A DNA stretch of 64,000 nucleotides from Negaprion brevirostris. Taxonomy: Eukaryota. The notes under the pieces were generated by a model. It was not told the DNA's origin, did not search any database, and was given only the letters and a program-made list of their open reading frames with translations. A program made the position numbers and the translations under genes. Below are positions 37,700 through 51,164 of this stretch, piece after piece. How positions within the stretch are numbered: position 1 is the first letter of the stretch; each line of letters begins with the position of its first letter. The stretch is from assembly GCA_030324005.1 (NCBI GenBank), contig JARDVH010000110.1, forward strand, positions 9,166,776-9,230,775, read 5' to 3'.

Positions 37700-38790
37700 C
37701 AACAAAATCAGCCTGGGAAACAGGCCCTTTGGCCCAACGAGCCTGCGCCGCCATCTCAACACCACCAGTCCCCCTCTCCACCCTTGACCCCTGTCTAATG
37801 TTTTATGGCCATCCAGATTGAGNNNNNNNNNNNNNNNNNNNNNNNNNNNNNNNNNNNNNNNNNNNNNNNNNNNNNNNNNNNNNNNNNNNNNNNNNNNNNN
37901 NNNNNNNNNNNNNNNNNNNNNNNNNNNNNNNNNNNNNNNNNNNNNNNNNNNNNNNNNNNNNNNNNNNNNNNNNNNNNNNNNNNNNNNNNNNNNNNNNNNN
38001 NNNNNNNNNNNNNNNNNNNNNNNNNNNNNNNNNNNNNNNNNNNNNNNNNNNNNNNNNNNNNNNNNNNNNNNNNNNNNNNNNNNNNNNNNNNNNNNNNNNN
38101 NNNNNNNNNNNNNNNNNNNNNNNNNNNNNNNNNNNNNNNNNNNNNNNNNNNNNNNNNNNNNNNNNNNNNNNNNNNNNNNNNNNNNNNNNNNNNNNNNNNN
38201 NNNNNNNNNNNNNNNNNNNNNNNNNNNNNNNNNNNNNNNNNNNNNNNNNNNNNNNNNNNNNNNNNNNNNNNNNNNNNNNNNNNNNNNNNNNNNNNNNNNN
38301 NNNNNNNNNNNNNNNNNNNNNNNNNNNNNNNNNNNNNNNNNNNNNNNNNNNNNNNNNNNNNNNNNNNNNNNNNNNNNNNNNNNNNNNNNNNNNNNNNNNN
38401 NNNNNNNNNNNNNNNNNNNNNNNNNNNNNNNNNNNNNNNNNNNNNNNNNNNNNNNNNNNNNNNNNNNNNNNNNNNNNNNNNNNNNNNNNNNNNNNNNNNN
38501 NNNNNNNNNNNNNNNNNNNNNNNNNNNNNNNNNNNNNNNNNNNNNNNNNNNNNNNNNNNNNNNNNNNNNNNNNNNNNNNNNNNNNNNNNNNNNNNNNNNN
38601 NNNNNNNNNNNNNNNNNNNNNNNNNNNNNNNNNNNNNNNNNNNNNNNNNNNNNNNNNNNNNNNNNNNNNNNNNNNNNNNNNNNNNNNNNNNNTTACCAAG
38701 CCAGTTCTCAACCCATCTAGATACCTGGCCTTGTATTCCATGAGCCTTAATCTTTTCAACCAACCTATCATGAGGGACTTTGTCAAACGC
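37700..38790 (-). mobile_element. CR1-like LINE (mostly N gap)
   Basis: FDKVPHDRLVEKIKAHGIQG.V.RWVENWL on minus at ~38693-38788. CR1-type 3' UTR at ~37715-37750. Confidence 0.75.
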
Positions 38791-39085
38791 CTCATTGCAT
38801 TTCGCTGCATTTGGACATGAACCGTCATTTAATCAGTATCTGAGGAGTCGTGAATGATACTGAACATTGTGCAGTCAACTGTGAACATTCCCACTTCTGA
38901 CCTCATGATGATGGAAAGGTGTTTGATGAAGATGGTTGGGCCTAAATCACTACCCTGGGAAGTCCTGCACTGATGTCAGGGAACTGAGATTATTGACCTC
39001 CAGCTACCACAACCATCTTCCTTTGTGCTGGGTGTGATTACAACCAGTGGAGGGTTTCCCCCCCAATTCCCATTGATTCAACTAT
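38790..39085 (-). mobile_element. CR1/L2-group LINE RT fragment
   Basis: Minus reads SEVGMF..DCTMF, the same as at 60827-60873. Confidence 0.6.
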
Positions 39086-39569
39086 TGTTGGAAACCTCAA
39101 CAACTTCAGACTGTAATCTTGGCTCTATTGTATTTCATTTTCTTTACTTGGTTTGGTCTGATTTGTAAAGTTCATTTTGAACTGCAAGATTAGGCTAATC
39201 TTGAATCATTCACTGATTCACAAGAAGTGTGTTAGTATCTACCTATGTCAGCTACCATTAAAGAGTTTTCAGGTGAAATTATCCAATTTGCAATACACCT
39301 TTCTGTGGAGCTGTCTGGGATTTCTTCGCTTTGTGCCTTGTCCTCAATTCTCTTTTTTCTGATAAAAGTTGTGACTTGTACTGAGTGATGTAAATATTTG
39401 CTGTGTAACAATATTCTCCTCCAGTCAGGCTGCATGTTCCAATTCATCCCATTCCTCACTCACTTGACCTGTATGCAGGCTGATGTGTTTTCCAACAGGA
39501 ATTATTGGTAAGGAACAGGAACTCTGTCCGGTGACCATTTCCTCCTGCTTGTTCAGCTCCTGTGCAGAC

Positions 39570-39835
39570 CATAAGAACATAAGAAATAGGAGCAGGAGTA
39601 GGCCATCTAGCCCTTCGAGCCTGCCCTGCCATTCAATAAGATNNNNNNNNNNNNNNNNNNNNNNNNNNNNNNNNNNNNNNNNNNNNNNNNNNNNNNNNNN
39701 NNNNNNNNNNNNNNNNNNNNNNNNNNNNNNNNNNNNNNNNNNCGGCGTAACATTAGCCGGTGCCCAATCGTCCGGTACTTCCCCGGAATCCAGCGACGTT
39801 TGGAAAATAACCACCAAGGCACCCACTATCACCTC
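39570..39835 (-). mobile_element. CR1-like LINE fragments flanking a gap
   Basis: IFQTSLDSGEVPDDW..ANVTP. 3' tail cataagaacataagaaatagg. Confidence 0.75.
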
Positions 39836-39874
39836 TGCACCAGCATGTGCTTTGTGTGGCTCAGTTATGTTGGG

Positions 39875-40245
39875 GGGTATGGTGGCAAGGTGGTGATGTC
39901 ACTGGGCTAGAAATCCCAAGGAGCAGGCCAATGCTCTGGGGACACAGCCGCTGGTGAAAGTTAAATTCAGTGAATAAATCTGAAATTTGAAAGCTGGTTT
40001 CATTGATAGTCATGAAGCATATTGATTGTCATAAAAACCCATCTGGTTTACTAACCTTTAGGGAAGGGAATCTGCCGTCTTTGCCTGGTCTGGCCTGCAT
40101 GTGACTGCAGACCCACAGCAGTGAGATTGACTCTTTACTACCATCTGAAAAGGCCAACCCGGGCCCTCAGTTCAAGGGCAATTAAGGATGAACAACTAAT
40201 GCTGGCTTTGCCAGTGACTTCCACGCCCCATGAAAGATTGCATTA
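39875..40245 (+). mobile_element. tRNA-derived SINE (same family as 8655-8975)
   Basis: Shared body cccatctggtttactaa..tttagggaagggaatctgccgtc..tggtctggcct and the LINE-type tail. Confidence 0.7.
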
Positions 40246-41307
40246 AAACAAAAATGCCACCATTATCAACTCTGGCCTCCAGAGCACTACCTCTTGTGTT
40301 CTCTACTGTGATCCATGATGTCAGATTAAATTTGCCCTGTTTAACGTACCTAGTTATGGAATGCAGTCTCATGGTGAAAAACCTCTAACATGAATGCTGA
40401 AGAAAGCTGCATGTCCCTTTCTAAACATGATTCATATTTGGATCAGTTGGTTATGGTCATCATTCTTTTTTGCTGTGGCAACAAATAAACAGGGCCGTTG
40501 AGCTTGTATTTTCTAAGATTATCAGGTGTTTAAGCAAACATCTAGGTACTGACTGTGCACCTGTTATGAAGCTTATGTCAACCCAGTTAGGTGAATTAGC
40601 TATTAGCGACATGGCCAATTAGGAATCCAGATGTGGCCAATTGCAGTTGGGCAGTGACTAAGACATGATAAATATATTGCTGTTATGTATTCTCAATATT
40701 TGTATTCATATAGTCCATGCATGTGAATTTTAATAATCTTAGTGGGTCATTTGTGAAGTTCAGTCTGCTTTTTTTGATTGTTGAATGCTTTACACTGCCT
40801 GGAGGTTACAGAATAATGGAAACCATTGAAGTAAATGCTACATGTGAAGTACATTTACCAACACTGAGATTTAAAGGAAGGGGTTTCTACTAAAGTGAGT
40901 GCATATAATTAAAACAAGTGTCACTGTGGTCACAGGTAGCTCTTTCAAATCCCTATTGAAAAGCAGTAGGTTCCAGTCCACTGTGAACAGCAGCACAACT
41001 ATAATAGTGTAAAAGTCACCTCTAATTTTTCCATCACGAATAATGCAGTGGCACAACATCATACAAGTCAGATCCCACAGGGCAGAAAAACATTCAATCA
41101 GATAGGAGCTCATTATCGGATGTTCCTTTTCAATTGAAGTAGGAAGCTGTGAAACTAAAACCTTAAATGTTATCAGTCTGTAGTGTTGAATAACTGAAAT
41201 CTTTCCCCAGCATTTTGAGTGAAGTACAATGATGGGAGAGTAAAATATTCAAGCAACTCAGAACCACCTGGAAGTACAATACTTAATTTATTTTTAATTT
41301 TCCAAGC

Positions 41308-42710
41308 TCTTGTATTTGATTTATTATTGTCATGTGTATTAGTATACAGTGAAAAGCATTGTTTCTTGCATGCTATACAGACAAAGCATACCGTACATAG
41401 AGAAGGAGAGGAGAGAGTGCAGAATATAGTGTTACAGTCATGGCTGGGGTGTAGAGAAAGATGAACTCAATGAAGGTAAGTCCATTCAAAAGTCTAATAG
41501 CAGCAGGGAAGAAGCTATTCTTGAGTCGGTTGGTATGTGTCCTCAGACTTTGTATCTTTTTTCCCCACGGAAGAAGATGGAAGAGAGTATGTCCAGGGTG
41601 CATGGAAACCTTGATTATGCTGGCTGCTTTTCTAAGGCAGCAGGAGGTGTAGAAAGTGACAATAGATGGGAGGCTTCTTTGAGTGATGGACTGAGTTTCA
41701 TTCACGACCCTTTGTAGCTTATTGCTTCTTGGGCAGAGCAGGAGCCATACAAAGTTGTGATACAACTAGAAAAAATGCTTTCTATTGTGTATCTGTAAAG
41801 GTTGGTGAGAGTCGTAGCAGACGTGCCAAATTTCCTTAGCCTCGTGGGAAATTAGAGACGTTTGTAGCGTTCTTAACTATAGCATCAGTGCGGAGGGATC
41901 AGACAGGTTGTTAAGATCTGGACATCTAAGAACTTGAAGCTCTGGATCATTTCTACTTCTTCCCCATTAACATAGACAGAAGCATGTTCTCCACTACATT
42001 TCCTGAAGTCGATGGACTATCTCCTTTGTTGACATTGAGGGACAGATTATTGTTGTTGCACCAGTTCACCAGATTCCCTATCTCTTTCCTGTATACTGTT
42101 TCATTATTGTTTGAGATCTGACCCATTACTGTGGTGTCATCAGTAAACTTGAAGATCAAGTTGGAGAGGAGTTTGGCCACACAGTCATAGGTGAATAAGG
42201 TGTATATTGAGGGGCTGAGGGCAGAGCCTTGTGGGGCACTGGTGCTGAGGATGATTTGTGAAGGTGGTGTTGTTTGTTCTTTTACTGATTGTGGTCTCTG
42301 GGTTAGGAAGTTCAGGATCCAGTAGTAGAGGGAGAAATTGAGCACCAGACTGGTTTTGTAGAAATTACGTTGAAGGCTGAACTGTAATAAATAAATAGAG
42401 GTCTGACCTATTGTCAGACTTCTGTTTATCTTTGTTATCTAGATGTTCCACTGTTGAGTGTAAGGCAGGGAGATGGCGTCTGCTCTGGACTTGCAGTGGC
42501 AATTGGCAAACTGTCACGAATCCAGACAATCTGGGAGACGGGAATTGATTTGAACATGACTAACCTTTCGAAGCACTTCATAATGACGGATGTCAGAGCC
42601 ACCGGACAATAGTCATTTGCCTTAATGATTATTTTGCCTGGCTTTTCGTTGGTACTGGGATAATGGTTGTCATCATGAAGCAGATAGGGACTTCAGATTG
42701 GTGTAAAGAC
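41308..42710 (-). mobile_element. Rex1/Babar-like LINE, decayed
   Basis: WILNFLTQRPQSV, APQG..LSP, IFKFTDDTTV.G.I, RTHTNRLKNSFFP.AIRLLN. Confidence 0.85.
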
Positions 42711-43169
42711 ATTTTATTCCTTTTATTGGAAGAAATGTAATGTGAGAGATTCCACCTGAATTACCTAGGTTGTTAGGGTACTAGCAAAAAGGATAAGGAA
42801 AGCAGTTTATATAGATGATCTGGAGGAGGGAACCGAGTGTATGGTGTCGAAATTTGCTGATGACACCAAGATTGGTGGAANNNNNNNNNNNNNNNNNNNN
42901 NNNNNNNNNNNNNNNNNNNNNNNNNNNNNNNNNNNNNNNNNNNNNNNNNNNNNNNNNNNNNNNNNNNNNNNNNNNNNNNNAGACTTTGAACAAGTGAGTT
43001 GGGGGAATGGGGCGAGGGAGTTGGGCAGGGTACTCGGGTAGTATATATTGAAAAGAAACAAAAGAGGCGAGTAGAGGTATAGAAAGAAGTTGTACTTTAT
43101 GCATTTCAAATGAAGAAAAAAATTAAAGCATGGAAAGTAATTAAACCAGGAAAGAAAGCAGGAAACATG

Positions 43170-44765
43170 AATAAAACAATTTATGCAGAACAGGTTAGGG
43201 TGTGTGGCTCAAAGAGCTTCTTTATCAGAGTATAAGGAACAAATAGAATTAATTACAGAGGTAAATTCAAAGGGTTTGACATGTTCATCGTTATTGAGAA
43301 ATGGCTGCAAGATAGTCAAGATTGGAACTATATGGATCCAGTCATAATGTCCAAAGGAAAACTGGAGATAATTGTTGAGGGAGAGGATTCATCTTGGTGA
43401 TGGAGGAAATGATTTCATTGAGAAATTGCATAATTAGAGGTAAGCAAGCAGTGAAAATTTGAATAGAATTAAAATGATCGAGGTTGTACAGGAAGTTGTG
43501 CACAGGCCTCCCTAGTAACATTTGTGAAATGGTAGAATGTCAGTTCAGCGATTAAACAAGTGTGTCGCAAAGGCAGAGTGGTTTTAAGGAGAGATTTTAA
43601 CTTTCTCACAGATTGGGTAAGAAGACAGGCACATATCAAAAAGATGAAGAATTTCTTGTGTGTCCGACATAGTTTTTTATAATATGTTCGCGTACCAACA
43701 AGGTAGGGTACCCTATTAAATTTGGTAGTGAACCAGATTTAATTGAAGTGTTCATGTTCATCTAATAATGACGATAACATGAATTCAATGCAGTATTTGA
43801 AATGAAATGTGAAACGACTACTAAGAATCTAGATTAAGGACAAGTCTGTTAATGGGTAAAATGGCAAAACATGGAGCCACGCCCAACTCGAGTGAAGAAA
43901 TAGCCTAACTTCCTAAATAAAATGTAAATAAAAAGTATCAAGCAAATGAGAGTGACACAAAAAACAAAAGATTGATAAAACAGCTATGAAAAGGGAGTTA
44001 TAGAAAAAAAAACTTGTAGGGGATATTAAAATCAAGATCATTTTTTACAATTTTATTTGGAGAAAGAGACCGGCCAAGAGAAATTGAGCTGCTGGAATAG
44101 ATAATGCTAATTTTAGCAATGAAAATAAGAAAATGGCACAGTGAATAATTATTTCATGTCTGCATTTATAGTAGAAAATCAAATCAAATTGCTGAAAATC
44201 TCAAGAAAAGTAAGAGCACCAAATGAACATCAGGAAGGTAATTAAGAAAGTAATGTTCCAAAGGGTGACATTCCTGGGACCATATGATTTCCACCCCTGA
44301 GGTTTAGGAAAAGTAGCTGAGAGCATCTTGACTATATTCAGTTTGTCAGATAGGACTGGCAAGGACTTGTAAAGAGTAGGTCATGTCTAACGAATCTGAT
44401 CTTTTTTTTTGAAGCAGTAACTATAGTAGTGGATGGGTATGTCTATGGGTATTATTTATACAAACTTCCAGAAGACAGTTGCTAAAATTCCTGATAATAG
44501 AATGTTTGCTTAAATGATTGAGCTGGTTAGGAAATTGGCTGAGCAGAGTGAGGTGAGAAGGGATAATTGGCAGGATGTGACTAATGGTGTCTTGCAAGAA
44601 TCTGTGTTGGGACCTCAAATTTTTCATAACATGCATTAACAAATTGAATGAGATAGAAAGCCACACATCCAGATTTGCCAATGATACAAAGATGGCATTG
44701 TAGCTACAAATAGTAAATTACCAAGAAATATTGATAGATTGTGAATATTGTAGACAAATTTGATA
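43170..44765 (+). mobile_element. Old, heavily decayed CR1-like LINE
   Basis: Remnants gagaaatggctgcaag (E.WLQ), ggagagattttaac (GDFN), gtaggtcatgtctaacgaatctgat (RSCLTNL), agatttgccaatgatacaaag (FA.DTK). Confidence 0.6.
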
Positions 44766-44799
44766 TTACCTCTTTTGGACCTAAATGCTGAAAAAGTAA

Positions 44800-45090
44800 G
44801 GTTGTGACGATTACGAGGAGGTCACAGGCTCAAGGTAAGATGGGCGAGGTTTGACTTGGAAATCAGAGGGACGTTTCTTACACAGAGGGTGGTGGGGGCC
44901 TGGAACGCACTGCCAAGTACGGTGGTGGAGGCGGACACACTGGGATCGTTTAAGACTTACCTGGATTGTCACATGAGCAGACTGGGAATGGAGGGATACA
45001 AACGAATGGTCTAGTTGGACCAATGAGCAGCACAGGCTTGGAGGGCCGAAGGGTCTGTTTCCTGTGCTGTTCTTTGTTCTTTGTTTCTGT
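44800..45090 (+). mobile_element. Young CR1-like LINE 3' end
   Basis: TR..R..V....F..RFLTQRVVGAWNALP with a (ttctttg)n tail. A near-identical 3' piece lies at 47241-47317. Confidence 0.75.
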
Positions 45091-46157
45091 TTGTATTAAT
45101 TCACCTAAAAATAAATTGATTTATGTTGTTTCAGCCTGCACACATTACTCTGTCAGCCAGTATTCTGTCTCCCAAAGTAACAGGAAAATATTTCTCTGTG
45201 AAATGACAAGCTGCAGATGGGGTCTAAATATGGGCAGGTTCACATATTCATAATGGAGAAAATGGATGTAGGTTTTGGTTCACAAGGGATTTGGCTCATT
45301 TACAAAATCTGTTGCCTATCTCTGAACATTAAAGCGAATGCTGAAAAAGAGCCAGAACTGTAATAGTCTTGCAAATCACTCGATGCAAAAATTGTAAATA
45401 TTGTTTTTAACATATTCTACTGAATTGATGCCATTGTGAAGTTTTGAAAAATTGATGTTAACAGTATGATGAGCAATGAAATAGATGAAAATGATTGGAG
45501 GAAGATGGTAATCCCGAGACACAACATCCCACTTCACAAGATATGAAATCCAACTGGAGATGTCAATGGAATGCTTGACTATAACATTCTCATGGGATAA
45601 GTTACAGCTCAATTACTCCAGTCTTCAGTTTTGGTAAAATATCTGAACTTTGTAGATTGAAAATTCACATTATTCATGCACAATGTCCATGAAATGGACT
45701 ACAAAATACTGCTGCTCAAGTCTTATTGTTTATCAGACTGTGTAAAATACATTCTTCAAGTATATTTAATTTTCAATTGATTTTGGCTTTTATTCTTTTT
45801 ATGTGACAAGAGAGTATGACATTGATTCTGCCTTGTGAAATAAGGTATTGATGTGTAGTTATTGCCATTATCTCAGTGTGCTGCCGGTTTTCACTTCCTC
45901 AGAGTATTATTCAACCCAGAAATAAAGTAATTTTTTGTTTGCGGATAATGGTCCACCCGCTGTTTGAAGAAGACACAGGGCTGAATGTCCAAAGTAGTCT
46001 CTGTACTATATTGCACAATTAGCAAGTGACTGTTAATCATGTTTATTGGTACCACACACACGTAAGAGCAATGTTTTGAATTATCAGAAACTGGATGAGG
46101 TGTGAGGAAGTGGGATTGGATTTAGCCAGGCCAAGGATGTAAACTTTGTCTGGCCTT

Positions 46158-46520
46158 CTTTATTTTACTTTATTTAACCTTTATGTAGCCCGGTAAGTCA
46201 ATTGAGAACCAATTCTCATTCATAATAACGACCTGGCCAAGATGCTAATGGCACAGCAACAGAAATTACAAACAATACAATCCAAAAAACACTACAAACA
46301 ATAAAATGCAAATTAGCAGTGAAGTAGAATTGACAGTTCAGCAAGGACAAGTATCAATCAACAGAACCTTAACCCTTCAGCAAAAGGCATCCACGGTAAT
46401 AAAATTAGTTAACTTCAGATTTAGTTGCACCTCATTCCAGACACTTGCAGCTGCATGATATACATGCATTACACACAAAAACTCTGTTCACTCTTTGGAG
46501 TGACCAATTTGATCAAGACA
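46158..46520 (-). mobile_element. L2-group LINE 3' end fragment
   Basis: Minus reads AAASVWNEVQLNLKLTNFITVDAF. Tail cttggccaggtcgttatt..gagaattggttctcaattgac...aaaggttaaataaa. Confidence 0.55.
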
Positions 46521-48671
46521 CACAACCTCAGATTGTGACTTCACTAATAATGATGTGCAGCCCAGCAGTAATCATTTCACTGATTGGTTGTATAGCTCTG
46601 GAGGAGGCGCAACTTTGTGCAAGGCCTTAAAGATGTGGCAGGTGGGTGGGGGGTGATCTTGATCCCACGCTTGCCATCGGCGAGAATGGCAGTGGGACTC
46701 AAAATTGTCAAAGCTCCAGAAGTCGTAGATCCCGCTGTGACTTCTAATTTTCACAGGTCCCGCAATTCATTTCAGGTCCTTTTGGAGGAGATGTGCTGTT
46801 GCCAGCTGCAGCTCTCCACACTTGGCACCTCAAGAGAGGAACGGCCAGCCGCTCCCTGTTGACGTGAAGGTTACGGCTACCCTGAATTTTTACACCTCCG
46901 GCTCATTTCAGGCACCCAGTGGCAACTTAGTTGGGATCTCCCAGGTCTCCATGCACAGATGAGTGCAGCAGGATTTCCTGTATGCCCAGGCAGGACACTA
47001 CATAAATTTTGATGTGAGCCATGCACAGCAGGAGGCCTGGGCTCTTGGCTTCGCTTCCATTGCTGAGATTCCTTATGCCCAGGGAGCAGTGGACATGGCA
47101 CATATTGCCTCGCGAGCTCCACATGCAGGGCCGTAGCAATNNNNNNNNNNNNNNNNNNNNNNNNNNNNNNNNNNNNNNNNNNNNNNNNNNNNNNNNNNNN
47201 NNNNNNNNNNNNNNNNNNNNNNNNNNNNNNNNNNNNNNNNACATGAGCAGACTGGGAATGGAGGGATACAAATGAATGGTCTAGTTGGACCAGTGAGCAG
47301 CACAGGCTTGGAGGGCCAAATTTGAGATTGGTTGCCGTTTTCAAGATATGATAGACTAGTTGGTGCCGAATGGAAATTAGAGAGCAGTGTCTGCAATTTA
47401 GAGCCGGGTCTTGCAGGATTGAAATTAACAAGCTGTTCTACATACAGTTCTTCTGGTAGACGTTTGGAGCATTTTTCTGCAAGGGGCAGTTGATGCTAGA
47501 TCAATTGTAAATTTTAAATATGATTTTATAATTTTGTTAACTAATTAAGGTGTATGTATATGAGTTAGAGCACCAATTCATCTGAGTGGCTGAAAACATT
47601 CAAGCGTCTGAGTGGCCGTCTCTTATTCCTCTGTTCCTGGATTTCAGCTGTTTGATCAAGTGCAGTTCTCCTTGTGGTCTGTTCTATTGCACCAAAATAT
47701 CAGCACTGCTGGTTGCTTAAATGTTCTGAAACTTTGGAAGCCATTGAGTTCTTCTAGAAATGATTTAAAATGATTTGTTGTAAATTTGGATGAAATGCCA
47801 GTGATTTATGTAATTTGTAGATTGAGCCTGGTGTGAATTTTGAAGCCTGAATGATTTAAACCTCTATACAAGCCAGACATTGATTTACTGCAATTAATTA
47901 TTGCTTTTTTAGGGAATAGAAAGATTTGTATTGTTTGCTTCATATTTTATACTTGCCCTCTATTGTCAGGAAAGTAAGGAGCCTTCTCATTAAATTGGCA
48001 CACTAATCCAACTGATGAGTTATTTAGTAATATATAATAAGTAGTGTTAACTGGCTCCATTTGCTCCTCAGTCGAGTGAGCTGTATCAGCTGAATATGAT
48101 GGGTCAGTCCGAGATTTGCTAGATGTTAAGTGGAAAAATGAATGATTGACTGATTGCTTTCTCTTCATTAATAGGTATGGTTAGTATAATTGGACAGACA
48201 TTAGATTTCCTCCTCTGCTTTCCTTTTTTACTTGTGTTTTCCTTTCTGGCCTCTGATCCTCAAACTTCTGACAAACTCCAGTGCCACTATCTTAATTAGA
48301 ATTCATCAATCATTCCTGATTTCTCAATGCCTCAAATTTAAAATTCTCATCCTCATGTTTAATTCCCTTCAGGCTTCCCAACACCTCTTGCAATTCGCAT
48401 CTCTCTCCAAACTCTTGACTCTGACCTTTTGTAATCATCCCAACAGAGGCTGTGCTTCTGAAACTCTTGTATCACCTTCTCCTCTCTTGTATCACCCTCT
48501 TCTGTCTGAACACCCTATTTAAAATCCACCTTTTATTCAACTTTTGGTTACTCCTCCAAACAGCTCCATGTGAGCCCACATCAAATTAGCACAAATTTTA
48601 CAAGAGATAGAAAATAAACTTGTGCTAAAACAAGTGGAAAAATATGTAACTATATTTTTAAATTAGGGTTC

Positions 48672-48850
48672 ATAGAATAGAACATAGAACATTACAGCGC
48701 AGAACAGGCCCTTCGGCCCACGATGTTGCGCTGACCAGTTAAAAAGCAATCTCTTAAACGCCCCCAAACTAGGCGCATTTACAACTGCCGCAGGCAGGGC
48801 ATTCCAATCCCTCACCACCCTCTGGGTAAAGAACCTACCCCTGACATCCA
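48672..48850 (-). mobile_element. CR1-like LINE 3' fragment
   Basis: DVRGRFFTQRVVRDWNALP with an (atagaac)n tail. Confidence 0.8.
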
Positions 48851-50609
48851 TGAATGGCATGAAAATGTTCTCAAATCATTCAATTTATTTCAATAGTTCT
48901 TTGCTATAAAATTCTTTTAATGCCAAATAGCATATAAGTGTCTTTGCATGTCACTGAGAGACCGAGGACAGTAGGTGAAAAAAGGACGTATAGGAACTGT
49001 ACGAGGCCATTCAGCCCCTCAATCTTGTTGCACCTTTTTAACAAAATCACGCATGATCTTTGGATCAACTCCATCTACTTTATTTTGGCACTTATCCCTT
49101 ATTAACGGTACTCAGCAAAAATGTAACTCTCAGATAGACAGGTAGCCATTGACCCAGCATCCATTGCCGTTTTTGGAAGAATGTTCCAAATCATGCACAT
49201 ACTTGTATGTGTATCTATGTGTATGCTTGCTTCACAGCCTTTCTCCTGAAAGGATGGCCCAAATGTTTACCCGCCGTCCCCCCGCCCCTGGTCCAGAACC
49301 AGCAACAAGATGAAATTGTCTTCCTTTATCTACCCTTCCTTTTCCTGTTAATATGCTGACGATTTTAATAAGATCATGCCTTATCCTTCGAAATTCAGGA
49401 CAAAACAGCCCTACTCTGCATAACCTCGCTTGATAAATTAGTTAAATCTTCAGGACTTCATCCCTTTCTCCACTTATGTGATGGGTGCCAAGAAGTGCCA
49501 GGGCCTTGAACATATCACCTTGATGTGCAGCGGCTGTTCATTGACATCTCTGACCCTGGCACTAGTGAGGCCATACACCATCCTGGAGTCAGATCTTCAG
49601 CCACAGAAACGCCTTCCTCCTCCCCTGACCACTGAATCACCTCACAATCTCCCCAATTTGCCGTATGGTCAAGTCGCTTATAGTATCTGGAGTGTGGGTC
49701 GGACTGCATTCTTCTGGGGTGCCTGGACCCTTATGATCTTCCAAAATGGAATACCAGCTCGTTAGTGTTCATGTTGATCTGGACTATTGTTGATCTGTAG
49801 TTCCAATGGGTCCTTACATTTTGTGCAGACTCGGGCTTGATCAGTTTGATTGACAGGTCAAGTCATGTGACAGTGTGAAACTAGAATGACACAAAATAGC
49901 CAAGTCCAAAGCTTCTTTGAGTTTTAGGGATTAGTGTCTGTCCTTTTCCCTTCATTAAAGGTGGAGACCAGAATGTGCAAGGAAATTACTCAATTTCTCT
50001 GAGATCTGTTTTGGAGTGGTTCTTTCTCCAGAAGTCTTCTGTCTGAAATGTTGCTGATTTGAAAGCTGAGGAAGAGACAACCCTTTCTGCCTATGAGCTC
50101 GTCATACTGGGAGCTCCCAGATACTAGGTTTACTGTTGTGACGTTCTGCTTTGGGAAACATATCCTTTCTTTGAATTGCTCTCTTTGTCTCTGTCCATAG
50201 CTGTGAAACTCTAATGACCATGTGAGCAGACACGCTTGTGGTTCCAACATAACACATACAAATTTCAAATCATTCAACCATTAATCAATTGGAAGACATG
50301 GACTCCCCCTGTTAGGGTCAGTGTAACAATTCTCTCGGTGTCATAGGGTTTATATTTAGTGCCTCACTATAAATCAATGCACTTACTCCACGTCATCTTT
50401 ATAATTTCCGCACTGCTGCCTGGCAGTAAATTTTCCATTTTCTTCCCCTGATATCTGGGTGCCACATCCATGGGAACAATGACCAAATTCTGGATTGGCA
50501 GGATTCTGTCGGAGGTTGTAATCGATCATAATGGGGCTTTGTTACGTTTGAAAATGACAGCTTTTATTTTGGATTTCTGACATAAAGATTCTTGTAATTT
50601 ATTATATTT

Positions 50610-50948
50610 TCAGCATTTAACATGACGTGCTATTCCAGAAAAAGGAAACTGTATTATATTTTTAAACTGTTGCCTGAAATTCCTCTGCGTGACGGCATAA
50701 ATGCAAGTGTTTGTGGAGCAACTCAGGAGCTGCAGCATGAAGCCTACTTCAAGTATGAAAGGGGGAATGTACACATAAAAATACCCAAGATTAAAAAGTC
50801 GCCGCCACGTTGAATATATCATAAAGACAGACCACAAGATTATGAAATTCCCTGATATAGCAAATAACAAAACTATAGATTTCTGTCGACAATATATTTC
50901 TTGGTCCTTGTGATTATCCACTTTGCTCACAGTCCGTAGTCTCCTGCG
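50610..50948 (-). CDS. C-terminal fragment (ICL3-TM6-TM7-helix 8) of a class A GPCR, GPR139/GPR142-like; 5' part lost in a gap
   Basis: Open 112-codon frame RRRLR...D.EI..R.KSIVLLFAISGNFIILW...GFMLQLLSCSTNTCIYAVTQRNFRQQF, stop at 50610. NTxxY occupies the NPxxY position. Minus-strand AATAAA at 50563-50568. Confidence 0.8.
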   Translation of the reverse strand, partial: RRRLRTVSKVDNHKDQEIYCRQKSIVLLFAISGNFIILWSVFMIYSTWRRLFNLGYFYVYIPPFILEVGFMLQLLSCSTNTCIYAVTQRNFRQQFKNIIQFPFSGIARHVKC

Positions 50949-51164
50949 TNNNNNNNNNNNNNNNNNNNNNNNNNNNNNNNNNNNNNNNNNNNNNNNNNNN
51001 NNNNNNNNNNNNNNNNNNNNNNNNNNNNNNNNNNNNNNNNNNNNNNNNNATGTTGAGAGGTAGTAACTATAGTTGTTGATTGAGATCAAAAAATGTGCAA
51101 TTCATTGTTAGAGAACAAGATTGGAGGTCATTGGCTGAGAGAAGGATCATCAATCAGGTAGTTA

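Noticed and set aside
44971-47317. Near-identical ~75-bp segments at 44971 and 47241
   Set aside because: Two copies of a young CR1 3' end, one at a contig edge. Not a specific duplication.
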